Of a stretch of DNA of 64,000 bases, positions 54,101 through 64,000 are shown one piece after another (the first letter of the stretch is position 1; each line of letters opens with the position of its first letter). The notes below the pieces were generated by a model, which was not told the origin of the DNA, did no database searches, and saw only the letters and a program-made list of their open reading frames with translations. Position numbers and translations under genes: made by a program. Source of the stretch: Eledone cirrhosa (lineage: Eukaryota); NCBI GenBank assembly GCA_964016885.1, contig OZ024765.1, positions 1,798,001 to 1,862,000 on the forward strand, read 5' to 3'.

Positions 54101-56080
54101 TGACTCTTAAATAGCTAAAACGTCATTATAAGTGACTAAAATGGCTAAAACGGCATCATAAATGACTAGAATGACACAAATGGCTAAAACGGCATCATAA
54201 ATGATTAAAATGACTCCAAAATGGTTAAAACGGCATCTTAAATGACTCAAATGACTCTAAAATAGTTCACACGTCATTAGAAATGACCAAAATGGCTAAA
54301 ACGGCATCTTAAATGACTAAAATGACTCCAAAATGTCTAAAACGGCATCATAAATGACTAAAATGTCTCTTAAATAGCTAAAACGTCATTATAAATGACT
54401 AAAATGGCTAAAATGGCATCATAAATGACTAGAATGACTCCAAAATGGCTAAAACGGCATCATAAATGACTAAAACTACTCTTAAATAGCTAAAACGTCA
54501 TTATAAATGACTAAAATGGCTAAAACGGCATCATAAAAAACTAAAATGACTCTGAAATAGCTAAAAGGTCATTATAAATGACTAAAATGGCTAAAACGGC
54601 ATCATAAATGACTAGAATGACTCCAAAATGGCTAAAACGGCAACTTAAATGACTCAAATGACTCTAAAATAGCTAAAACGTCATTATAAATGACTAAAAT
54701 GGCTAAAACGGCATCATAAATGACTAGAATGACTCCAAAATGGCTAAAACGGCATCATAAATGACTAAAATGACTCTTAAATAGCTAAAATGTCATTATA
54801 AGTGACTAAAATGGCTAAAACGGCATCATAAATGACTAGAATGACACAAATGGCTAAAACGGCATCATAAATGACTAAAATGACTCCAAAATGGTTAAAA
54901 CGGCATCTTAAATGACTCAAATGACTCTAAAATAGCTCACACGTCATTAGGAATGACTAAAATGGCTAAAACGGCATCTTAAATGACTAAAATGACTCCA
55001 AAATGTCTAAAACGGCATCATAAATGACTAAAATGTCTCTTAAATAGCTAAAACGTCATTATAAATGACTAAAATGGCTAAAATGGCATCATAAATGACT
55101 AGAATGACTCCAAAATGGCTAAAACGGCATCATAAATGACTAAAACTACTCTTAAATAGCTAAAACGTCATTATAAATGACTAAAATGGCTAAAACGGCA
55201 TAATAAATGACTAAAATGACTCCAAAATGGTTAAAACGGCATCTGAAATTACTCAGATGACTCTAAAATAGCTAGAACGTCATTAGGAATGACTAAAATG
55301 GCTAAAACGGCATCATAAATGACTAAAATGACTCTAAAATGGCTAAAACGTCATTATAAATGACTAAAATGGGTAGAACGGCATCATTTTAGTCATTTAT
55401 GATGCCGATTTAGCTATTTTAGTCCTTTATAATGACGTTTTAGAAATTCTAGCGTCATTTTAGTCATTTATGATGCTATTTTAGCCATTTTAGACTCATT
55501 TAATCATTCATAATGCCATGTCTCCCCATTTTAGTCATTTATAATGACGTTTTATCCACTTTAGAGTCATTTGAGTCATTTAAGATGCCGTTTTAATCAA
55601 TTTAGAGTCAATTTAGTCATTTATGATGCCGTTTTAGCCATTTTAGACTCATTTTCGTCAGTTATGATGTCGTTTAAGCCATTTTAGTCATTCATGATGC
55701 CGTTTTAGCCATTTTAGTCATTTATAATGACGTTTTAGCTATTCTAGAGTCATCTTAGTCATTTATGATGCCGTTTTAGCCATTTTGGAGTCATTCTAAT
55801 CATTTATCATGCCGTTTTAGCCATTTTGGAGTAATTTTAGTCATATCTGATGCCGTTTTAGCCATTTGTGACTCATTTTAGTCATTTATAATGCCGTTTT
55901 ACTCATTTGAGTCATTCATAATGATGTCTTAGTCATTTTAGAGTCATTTTAGTCATATATGACGCTGTTTTAGCCATTTTAAAGTCATTTTAGTCATTCA
56001 TGATGTCGTTTAAGCCATTTAATCATTTATGATGCCGTGTTACGATTTTAGAGTCGTTTTAGTCATTGATGACGCCGTTT
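27191..56080 (+). repeat. ~29-kb satellite of interleaved 30-bp and 41-bp monomers
   Basis: ccattttagtcatttataatgacgttttag (30) and ccattttagagtcattttagtcatttatgatgccgttttag (41); T-tracts every ~10 bp. Confidence 0.97.
52268..55386 (-). repeat. Inverted block of the 30/41-bp satellite
   Basis: Strand switches to aaatgactaaaatggctaaaacggcatcat and back. Confidence 0.95.
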
Positions 56081-59000
56081 TAATTCGATGGAAATATTCG
56101 TGTATATGCAATATTTAATACAGAAATGGTTTCTACAGCACTAAAACCCATTAATTTGAGTGGTATTAGTAGATTATATACCATATTTAACACGAAAATG
56201 GCTACTAAAGGACAACAACTATTTAATTTGAATCAAATAGTAGTATATATGCCATATTTAATAGAGAAATGACTTCTAAAGAACTAGAACGCTTTACTTC
56301 GAATTGAATAGTAGTGTATATGCAATATTTAATACAGAAATGGCTTCTACCACACTAAAACTCATTAATATGAGGGGTATTAGTAGATTATATAACATAT
56401 TTAAAACATAAATGGCTTATGAAGGACTAGAATTCTTTAATTCGAAGGAAATAGTAGCGTATATGCAATATTTAATATAGAAATGGCTTCTTAAGCACAA
56501 GAACTCATTTAATTCGAATAATATAGTAGTGTATATGAAATATTTAATACAGAAATGGCTTCTACCGCACTGAAACTCATTAATTTGATGGAAATATTAG
56601 TTTATATGAAATATTTAATACAGAAACTGCTTTTACCGCACTTAAACTATTTAATTTGATGGAAATAGTAGTGTATATGCAATATTTAATACAGAAATGG
56701 CTTCTACAGGACTGAAATTGATTAATTGTGAGGGTATTATTAGGGTATATGCAATATTTAACATAGAAATGGCTTCTAAAGGACTAAAACTTTTTAATTC
56801 ACATCAAATAGTAGTGTATATGCAATATTTAATAAGAAATAGCTTCTACCACACTAAAACTCATTAATATGAAGGGTATTAGTAGATTATATATCATATT
56901 TAATACAGAAAAGGCTTATAAAGAACTAGCATTCTTTAATTCAAAGGAAATAGTAGCATATATGCAATATTTAATATAGAAATGGCTTCTTAAGCACAAG
57001 AGCTCATTTAATTCGAATTATATAGTAGTGAATATGCAATATTTAATACAGAAATGGCTTCTACAAGACTAAAACCCATTAATATGAGTGGTATTAGTAG
57101 TATATATGCCATATTTAATACAGGAATGGCTTCTAAATGAAGATAACTCTTTAAATCGAGGGAAATAGTCGTGTATATCCAATATTTAATACAGAAATAG
57201 CTTCTACAGCACTAAAACTCATTAATATGACGGGTATTAATAGATTATATGCAATATTTAATACAGAAATCGCTTTTACAAGTCAAAAACTCATTAATTT
57301 GTGGGGTATTAAATGCCATAATTAATACTGAAATGGCTTCTAAAGGACTAGAATTATTTAATTTGAATAAAATAGTAGTGTATATCCAATATTTAATACA
57401 GAAATGGCTTCTACAAGAGTAAAACTCATTAATATGAGGGGTATTATTAGTATAAATGCCACATTTAACACGGAAATGACTTCTAAATGAAGAGAACTCT
57501 TTAATTCGATGGAAGTAGTAGTGTATATCCAATATTTAATACAGAAATGGCTTCTACAGGAAGAAAACTCTTTAATATGAGGGGTATTGGTAGATTATAT
57601 GGCATATTTAATACAGAAATAGCTTATAAAGACCTAGAATTATTTAATTCAAAGGAAATAGTAGTGTATATGCAATATTTAATACAGAAACGGCTTCTAC
57701 AAGCCAAAATTAATTTGAGGGGTATTAGTAGTTAATATGCAATACCTAATACAGAAATGGCTTATACCGCATTAAAACTCTTTAATTTGATGGAAATAGT
57801 AGTGTATATGCAATATTTAATACAGAAATGGCTTCTACAGGACTGAAATTGATTAATTGTGAGGGTATTAGTAGGGTATATGTAAAATTTAACACAGAAA
57901 TGGCTTCTAAAGGACTAAATCTCTTTAATTCACATCAAATAGTGTATATACAATATTTAATAAGAAATGGCTTCTACCACACTAAAACTCATTAATATGA
58001 AGGGTATTAGTAGATTATATGCCATATTTAATACAGAAAAGGCTTATAAAGAACTAGAATTCTTTAATTCGAAGGAAATAGTAGCATATATGCAATATTT
58101 AATATAGAAATGGCCTCTTAAGCACAAGAGCTCATTTAATTCGAATCATATAGTAGTGTATATGCAATATTTAATACACAAATGGCTTCTACAAGACTAA
58201 AACCCATTAATATGAGGGGTATTAGTAGTATATATGCCATAATTAATACAGAAATAGCTTATAAAGAACTAGAATTATTTAATTCGAAGGAAATAGTAGT
58301 GTATATGCAATATTTAATACAGAAATGGCTTCTACAAGGCAAAAACTAATTAATTTGAGGGGTATTATTAGTGAATATGCAATACCTAATACAGAAATGG
58401 CTTCTACAGGACTAAAACTCATTAATATGATAGGTATTATAAGATTATATGCCATATTTAATACAGAAATGTCTTCTGAAGGACTAGAACTCATTAATTT
58501 GAATCAAATAGTAGTATATATGCAATATTTATTACAGAAATGGCTTCTACAGGACTAAAACTCATTAATATGAGGGGTATTAGTAGATTATATGCCATAT
58601 TTAATACAGAAATAGCTTATAAAGAACTAGAATTCTTTAATTCGAAGGAAATAGTAGTATATATGCAATATTTAATAAAGAAATGGCTTCTACAAGACTG
58701 AAACTCATTAATTTGAGGGGTATTAGTAGTATATATGCCATATTTAATACGGAAATGGCTTCTAAATGAAGACAACTCTTTAATTTGATGGAAATAGTCG
58801 TGTATATCCAATATTTAATACAGAAATGGCTTCTACAGCACTAAAACTCATTAGTATGAGGGGTATTAATAGATTATATGCATTATTTAATACAGAAATA
58901 ACTTATAAAGAACTAGAATTATTTAATTAGAAGGAAATAGTAGTGTATATGCAATATTTAATACAGAAATGGCTTCTACAAGTCAAAAACTAATTAATTT

Positions 59001-60513
59001 GAGGTGTATTAGTAGTGAATATGCAATACCTAATACAGAAATGTCTTCTGAAGCACTAGAACTCATTAATTTGAATCAAATAGTAGTTTATATACAATAT
59101 TTAATAAGAAATGGCTACTACCACACTAAAGCTCATTAATATGAGGGGTATTAGTAGATTATATGCCATATTTAATACAGAAAAGGCTTATAAAGAACTA
59201 GAATTCTTTAATCCGAAGAAAATAGTAGCTTATATGCTATATTTAATATAGAAATGGCTTCTTAAGCACAAGAGCTCATTTAATTCGAATCATGATTTCA
59301 TTATTATTATATAGTAGTGTATATGAAATATTTAATACAGAAATGGCTTCTACAAGACTAAAACCCATTAATACAAGTCAAAAACTAATTAATTTGAGGG
59401 GTATTAGTAGTAAATATGCAATACCTAATACAGAAATGGCTTCTACAGGACTAAAACTCATTAATATGATAGGTATTCGGACGCCATGCTTTCCAGCATA
59501 GTTACGTCCCTTTACGATCTGAGTTCAAATCCCGCCAAGGTTGACTTTGCCTTTCATCCTTACGGGGTCGATAAAATAAAGTACCAGTAATGCACTGGAT
59601 AATTGCTGGCCTTGTGCCTAAAGTAGAAACAATTATTAGATTATATGCCATATTTAATACAGAAATGTCTTCTGAAGGACTAGAACTCATTAATTCGAAT
59701 CAAATAGTAGTATATATGCCATATTTAATACAGAAAAGGCTTCTAAAGAACTAGAACGCTTTAATTTGAATCGAATAGTAGTGTATATGCACTATTTAAT
59801 ACAGAAATGGCTTCTACCACACTAAAACTCATTAATATGAGGGCTATTAGTAGATTATATACCATATTTAATACATAAATGGCTTATGGAGAACTAGAAT
59901 TCTTTAATTCTAAGGAAATAGTAGCGTATATGCAATATTTAATATAGAAATGGCTTCTTAAGCACAAGAACTCATTTAATTCGAATCAGATAGTAGTGTA
60001 TATGAAATATTTAATACAGAAATGGATTCTACCGCTCTAAAACTCTGGAAATAGTAGTATATATGCAATATATCATACAGAAAGGCTTCTACAGAACTGA
60101 AATTGATTAATTGTGAGGGTATTAGTAGGGTATATGCCATATTTAACATAGAAATGGCTTCTAAAGGACTAAAACTTTTTAATTCACATCAAATAGTAGT
60201 GTATATGAAATATTTAATAAGAAATGGCTTCTACCACACTAAAACTCATTAATATGAGGGGTATTAGTAGATTATATGCCATATTTAATACATAAATGGA
60301 TTATAAAGAACTAGAATTATTTAATTCGAAGGAAATAGTAGTGTATATGAATTATTTAATACAGAAATGGCTTCTACAGGAATAAAACTCTTTAATATGA
60401 GGCGTATTGGTAGATTATATGGCATATTTAATACAGAAATAGCTTATAAAGACCTAGAATTATTTAATTTGAAGGAAATAGTAGTGTATATGCAATATTT
60501 AATACAGAAACGG

Positions 60514-60516
<3 letters not shown>
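56081..60516 (-). repeat. 71-bp satellite, inverted orientation (~60 copies)
   Basis: Reverse complement of 24474-27190 units; ends acagaaacggctg, mirroring cagccgtttctgt at 24474. Confidence 0.93.
59478..59636 (+). mobile_element. 5'-truncated SINE inserted into the 71-bp satellite
   Basis: B-box and body as at 3390; interrupts ggtatt^attagattat (cf. uninterrupted unit at 58421-58455). Confidence 0.9.
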
Positions 60517-60556
<40 letters not shown>

Positions 60557-60557
<1 letters not shown>

Positions 60558-60673
60558 CGAAGGAAATGTGGTAAGGAACCAGGTGGACCATAACGCACCA
60601 AAGTACTCAATACTTAGGGTCCAGAATTAGCCGTCGAAATGGCTTGAGCTCAGCCGTCAGGGTCCTACTCGTT

Positions 60674-60675
<2 letters not shown>
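60557..60675. mobile_element. 119-bp element inserted into (TA)n
   Basis: Absent from the mirror tract at 24435-24473; shares tattgagtac (minus strand) with the 7428-7670 element. Confidence 0.6.
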
Positions 60676-60707
<32 letters not shown>

Positions 60708-60793
60708 TGTATTTGCATGCATGCGTGTATGTATATATATATACTATATATACTATATATATATATATATGCTATACTATATATATACATATA

Positions 60794-60837
<44 letters not shown>

Positions 60838-60838
60838 G

Positions 60839-60959
<121 letters not shown>

Positions 60960-61209
60960 TATACATATATATATAGTATATATAGTATATATATATATAG
61001 AATATATACATACTTATATATAGTATAAACATGGTATATATGGTATATATATATAATATATACATATATATAATATATATACATATATACTGTATCTGGA
61101 GATATAAAAGATACAGAAGCGAAAACCAACCAAACAGTGAGTGTGTTCTGTTATTATTTCTGGCAATATTAATACAACAATATGACCCTCCCCAAGTATA
61201 AAAATATGA

Positions 61210-61635
61210 AACTTTTTTGCACCTATTTTTACGATTAAGTAAAGACGGAGTTATCGTTCTTGAGATTTCGGCTCGGAGAAATTTAAGGAACTGATGTCGC
61301 TAAATCGCCAAATCATTTACCTGCCCCGTTGCATCATGGGAGGGTAATGGCTGCTTTTATTTTTTATACCACGGCAAACTTTTTAATATCTTTCTCGCCA
61401 AAATGTTTTAATTATTTACTTATATGAAACAAAGAACAAGATGCAGCGAAAGAAACTAAAGAATCTGCCATCGTTTAAAAAATAAAAGGCAGCCATTACA
61501 CTCCCATGGTGCAACGGGGCAGGTAAATGATTTGGCGATTTAGCGACATCAGTTCCTCAAATTTCTCCGAGCCGAAATCTCAAGAACGATAACTCCGTCT
61601 TTACTTAATCGCAAAAATGGGTGCAAAAATTATTT
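61210..61635. mobile_element. Hairpin MITE (~155-bp TIRs, ~110-bp spacer); palindrome 3
   Basis: tttttgcacc...ggctgc arms inverted; here the symmetry does not extend into the flanks. Confidence 0.7.
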
Positions 61636-61764
61636 CGAATTTCTTTAACTATTGACACAATTGTTGCATGAATTAAAAACTGAATTTAAAGTATTTTTTG
61701 TACATTTTGTAACTGTAGCCATAGTAATTATTTGTATATTAAATAAATACATTGTTTACATATA

Positions 61765-62595
61765 CGAAGGTAGGCTTAAAAGTTCATAGGCTCACTATGA
61801 AGGAGTGATGCTAGGGCTGTGAAATCTTGCATGTTGAAAAATAAACCTCATTTGGTCATTCCATGAGAGTATCTTGGTCAGCCTATGAAGGAGTGATGCT
61901 AGAGCTGTAAAATCTTGCATGTTGAAAAATAAACCTCATTTGGTCATTCCATGAGAGTATCTTGGTCAGCCTATGAAGGAGTGATGCTAGAGCTGTGAAA
62001 TCTTGCATGTTGAAAAATAAACCTCATTTGGTCATTCCATGAGAGTATCTTGGTCAGCCTATGAAGGAGTTATGCTAGAGCTGTAAAATCTTGCATGTTG
62101 AAAAATAAACCTCATTTGGTCATTCCATGAGAGTATCTTGGTCAGCCTATGAAGGAGTGATGCTAGGGCTGTGAAATCTTGCATGTTGAAAAATAAACCT
62201 CATTTGGTCATTCCATGAGAGTATCTTGATCAGCCTATGAATGAGTGATGCTAGAGCTGTGAAATCTTGCATGTTGAAAAATAAACCTCATTTGGTCACT
62301 CCATGAGACTATCTTGGTCAGCCTATGAATGAGTGATGCTAGAACTGTGAAATCTTGCATGTTGAAAAATAAACCTCATTTGGTCATTCCATGAGAGTAT
62401 CTTGGTCAGCCTATGAAGGAGTGATGCTAGAGCTGTGAAATCTTGCATGTTTAAAAATAAACATCATTTGGTCCTTTCATGAGAGGATCTTGGTCAGCCT
62501 ATGAAGGAGTGATGCTAGAGCTGTGAAATCTTGCATGTTGAAAAATAAACCTCATTTGGTCATTCCATGAGTGTATCTTGGTCAGCCTACCCTCG
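61765..62595 (-). mobile_element. Mariner-type MITE with ~9 internal 88-bp units
   Basis: TA|CGAAGGTAGGCTT ... CAGCCTACCCTCG|TA. Confidence 0.8.
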
Positions 62596-62774
62596 TATAT
62601 TATATATATCATTGAATTTGTTTTAAATACTTGCAGTGTCACTTCTCTGTGATTTGAGGGATATTTAGTCGCCATTTCTAGTATTTTTAACCGCTGAACA
62701 GGGTTTTCATCAGTTTAGTGAGATATTCTAGGTTAAACTGTTGAAGATGACCATATTTGAGGGTTGTTCGACCA

Positions 62775-62853
62775 ACGGGGTCGATAAAATAAAGTACCAG
62801 TAATGCACTGGGTAATTGCTGGCCTTGTGCCTAAAGTAGAAACAATTATTATT
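62775..62853 (+). mobile_element. SINE 3' fragment inserted in the inverted spacer module
   Basis: acggggtcgataaaataaagtacc...gaaacaattatt replaces ctaaatctatc present (as reverse complement) in the 18.7 kb and 23.2 kb copies. Confidence 0.85.
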
Positions 62854-63213
62854 AATATTTCAGTGGCTGCCATTTCTAGCATTCAGTAGACTCTTCGTTT
62901 TAGTGTCTTTCATGTAAGGGAAACAACTCATTCAACTTACTATTTTGTAAAATTTTATCTTTCACTTTCCTAAGTTGCTTTCTTGATAACTTTCACAATT
63001 ATACAGATCATTAATTGAGATTTTGTAGGGATACTTTAAGGTCCCAGGTAGAAAGGGTCGCAGAAGTTGATAATTTTTCTAATCGACTAACACTGATTTT
63101 TCTGAAATCAGTGTTAGTCGTTTAGTTTACATATTGAGACCCACAATACACACAAACACACACACACACATATATATATATACATTTACATATATGTATA
63201 TATATATATATAA

Positions 63214-63274
<61 letters not shown>

Positions 63275-63312
63275 CATATATCTATATATATATATACATA
63301 GTTATATATACG

Positions 63313-63344
<32 letters not shown>

Positions 63345-63349
63345 CATAC

Positions 63350-63380
<31 letters not shown>

Positions 63381-63487
63381 CTTACATATATACATATAAA
63401 TATATATATATATATATACATACATAGATACATATATATACATATATATATATATACATACATATACATATATATATATACATATAC

Positions 63488-63534
<47 letters not shown>

Positions 63535-63537
<3 letters not shown>

Positions 63538-64000
63538 GCTGACCAGGATACTCTCATGGAATGACCAAATGAGGTTTATTTTTCAACATGCAAGATTTCA
63601 CAGCTCTAGCATCACTCCTTCATAGGCTGACCAAGATACTCTCATGGAATGACCAAATGAGGTTTATTTTTCAACATGCAAGATTTCACAGCTCTAGCAT
63701 CACTCCTTCATAGGCTGATCAAGATACTCTCATGGAATGACCAAACGAGGTTTATTTTTCAACATGCAAGATTTCACAGCTCTAGCATCACTCCTTCATA
63801 GGCTGATCAAGATACTCTCATGGAATGACCAAACGAGGTTTATTTTTCAACATGCAAGATTTCACAGCTCTAGCATCACTCCTTCATAGGCTGACCAAGA
63901 TACTCTCATGGAATGACCAAATGAGGTTTATTTTTCAACATGCAAGATTTCACAGCTCTAGCATCACTCCTTCATAGGCTGATCAAGATACTCTCATGGA
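63535..64000 (+). repeat. 88-bp satellite array running off the window
   Basis: Begins taggctgaccagg after a TA/TG tract, mirroring 22589. Confidence 0.95.

Noticed and set aside
24282-60630. MAST...-type and satellite-core ORFs of 60-110 aa
   Set aside because: Chance open frames in satellite DNA; homologous units contain stops and frameshifts

Overview
This is repeat-dominated eukaryotic DNA. The SINE families and dense (TA)n tracts look octopus/cephalopod-like, which is an inference from recalled repeat families. No convincing intact protein-coding gene is present, and nearly all supplied ORFs are microsatellite artefacts. Positions 1-14.4 kb are a patchwork of microsatellites, tRNA-derived SINEs, a piggyBac-like MITE, minisatellites, a TA-embedded fold-back element carrying a type I hammerhead ribozyme fold (7434-7490, minus strand), and an internally deleted RTE LINE with an HDV-like ribozyme fold (11578-11763). 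Positions 14.4-64 kb form one nested, mirror-symmetric structure. A ~29 kb 30/41-bp satellite core is flanked by inverted copies of a composite arm: 71-bp satellite, TA tract, hairpin MITE, 88-bp arrays inside mariner-type TIRs, and a spacer. Two of the satellites trace to mobile elements visible in the window. The 88-bp unit is the interior of a mariner MITE, and the 71-bp unit matches the 3' half of the hammerhead element.
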